Shown here in pieces: positions 37,031-38,170 of a stretch of 38,170 nucleotides of DNA. Position 1 is the stretch's first letter, and each line of letters begins with the position of its first letter. The position numbers and the translations under genes are program-made. The notes under the pieces were generated by a model. That model ran no database searches. It was not told where the DNA came from and saw nothing but the letters and a program-made list of their open reading frames with translations. Source of the DNA: Candidatus Aquidulcis frankliniae (GTDB lineage Bacteria; Chloroflexota; Limnocylindria; Limnocylindrales; Limnocylindraceae); assembly GCA_009925905.1 (NCBI GenBank), contig RFPZ01000001.1, positions 1 to 38,170 of the forward strand. Direction: 5' to 3'.

Positions 37031-37792
37031 TTACGCACCGTGTGCGAGCGCCTCCCGCGCCACGGCAACTACGCCGATCGACGTGCACCCAGCGGCTCGA
37101 AGGGTTGCTGCTGCCGCCTCAAAGGTTGCTCCACTCGTCCAGATATCGTCAATCAGAATCACCCGCTCGGGCAACGCTTCGCCGGCGCGTACTGCGAAGA
37201 CGCGATCCATGACCCGTCGTCGTTCTGCACGACCAAGGGCGTGCAGTGCGGGAACCGCTCGCGTTCGCTCAAGGAGTGGGGCGAACGCGTATGGAAGCGT
37301 GCGTGCAGCAGCTGAAGCAATGAGCGCGGCGTGATCAAAGCCCCGATCTCGAAGGCGCGCTGGATCGGTGGGAATCGGCACGAGTGTGGCGTGACCACCA
37401 ATCTCCTGCTGAACGGCACGAATCGCACGTTGCAACCCAAGGCCGAGTGGCTCAGACAGTGCGGGGACACTGTGAAACTTCAGGGTGCGCACCAGTTCGC
37501 CGAGGCCGCCCTCATACGGACCGATCCATGCCCCAGCGTCACAGCCGAGAGGTGCGGCACCCCGCTCCACACGACCGTCACCAGTAAGGCCAAGCTCGTC
37601 GCTGCACTCGGCACAGAGGAGCGCTCCTTCAATGCCACATGCGCCACATCGTTGGGGGGCGAGGAGCGCCAACACTGGTGCAGCGGCGCGCTGCAACTCG
37701 GCGAGTGCATCGCGGGCACGTTCGGGGAACTGCATCCCAGCAGGATCGTGCGTCGCACGTACCCCCTGCGTATCGGGCGGTACGATAGGCAT
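37031..37792 (-). CDS. comF: ComF family protein (zinc-finger plus phosphoribosyltransferase domain)
   Basis: CGACG...CAECS Cys pairs, LVPIP, and the PRT loop VILIDDIWTSGATF. I chose ATG 37792 because GGAGGTGGAGG lies 4-14 nt upstream. Confidence 0.7.
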   Translation of the reverse strand: MPIVPPDTQGVRATHDPAGMQFPERARDALAELQRAAAPVLALLAPQRCGACGIEGALLCAECSDELGLTGDGRVERGAAPLGCDAGAWIGPYEGGLGELVRTLKFHSVPALSEPLGLGLQRAIRAVQQEIGGHATLVPIPTDPARLRDRGFDHAALIASAAARTLPYAFAPLLERTRAVPALHALGRAERRRVMDRVFAVRAGEALPERVILIDDIWTSGATFEAAAATLRAAGCTSIGVVAVAREALAHGA

Positions 37793-38170
37793 ATGACCTC
37801 CACCTCCGCTTGGACCGTACGACTCCTGCCGCTCGCCGAACTGCCGGCAGGTGAGTGGGAGCGACTTCTTGCAACCAATCCAACGGCCAGCGCGTTCAGT
37901 CATCGCGCTGTGCATGAGGCATGGTGGATCGGGTACGGCGCAGGGGCGACCGACATCTCACTTGCGGTCTACAACACTACCGGCGCACTCTGCGCGTATC
38001 TGCCGCTCATGCTGCGACCCGATGGTGTGCGCTATCTCGGTGCCACCTATCACATCGATTACGCCACGGTGTTGATTGATCTCAGCGAAACAGAGCGAGC
38101 AACTGCAGCAGCAGAGGCGCTCGTTGCACACCTCTACGCAGATGCAACGGCACTCGACCTTCGACGCTTG
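37793..38170 (+). CDS. GNAT/CelD-like (BioF2-like acetyltransferase family) protein, N-terminal part; runs off the window
   Basis: Own translation from ATG 37793: MTSTSAWTVRLLPLAELPAGEWERLLATNPTASAFSHRAVHEAWWIGYGAGATDISLAVYNTTGALCAYLPLMLRPDGVRYLGATYHIDYATVLID... There is no stop before the window end, so it is absent from the ORF track. The EWxxLL...sxFxxxxWxxAWW pattern is typical of this family. Confidence 0.5.
   Translation, partial: MTSTSAWTVRLLPLAELPAGEWERLLATNPTASAFSHRAVHEAWWIGYGAGATDISLAVYNTTGALCAYLPLMLRPDGVRYLGATYHIDYATVLIDLSETERATAAAEALVAHLYADATALDLRRL

Overview
High-GC, very tightly packed housekeeping region of a monoderm-type bacterium; the synteny looks Actinomycetota/Chloroflexota-like, but no taxon can be assigned from sequence alone. 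I recognised no rRNA, tRNA, CRISPR array, transposase, integrase or defence-type gene, so this reads as core genome rather than an accessory island. Two long co-directional gene strings diverge from a 113-nt gap (13555-13667) that holds a perfect parS site. The minus-strand string runs parA-parB-gyrB-gyrA-prs-(small ORF)-secA-prfB-ftsE-ftsX-ctp, with gaps of 55 nt or less. The plus-strand string runs mreD-mrdA-rodA, rplU-rpmA-rpmE-DUF1385-prfA-prmC-HAD-glyA-wecA, the full F1Fo atp operon, then murA-mreB-PHP-UPF0104. A short convergent/divergent block follows (nfo, comF on minus; a GNAT/CelD-like gene on plus, running off the window). The most notable observations are two frame-breaking losses of conserved sequence inside essential genes, each estimated at about 0.15-0.2 kb. 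gyrA lacks about 70 codons, including the catalytic-Tyr segment. The atpG 3' end, the atpG-atpD spacer and the atpD start are absent. As assembled, neither gyrase nor ATP synthase could be made, so these are either assembly or sequence artefacts or real lesions needing verification. Other points: the canonical prfB +1 frameshift site, which the ORF track misses; MurA with Asp at the fosfomycin-target Cys position; and Lys/Pro/Ala-rich basic tails on GyrA (36-nt tandem repeat), L21 and Nfo. Also noted: the elongasome genes are split with no mreC; comF and the GNAT gene have abutting start codons (CATATG); and two convergent genes share a CTAG stop. I did not find a convincing novel multi-gene system.
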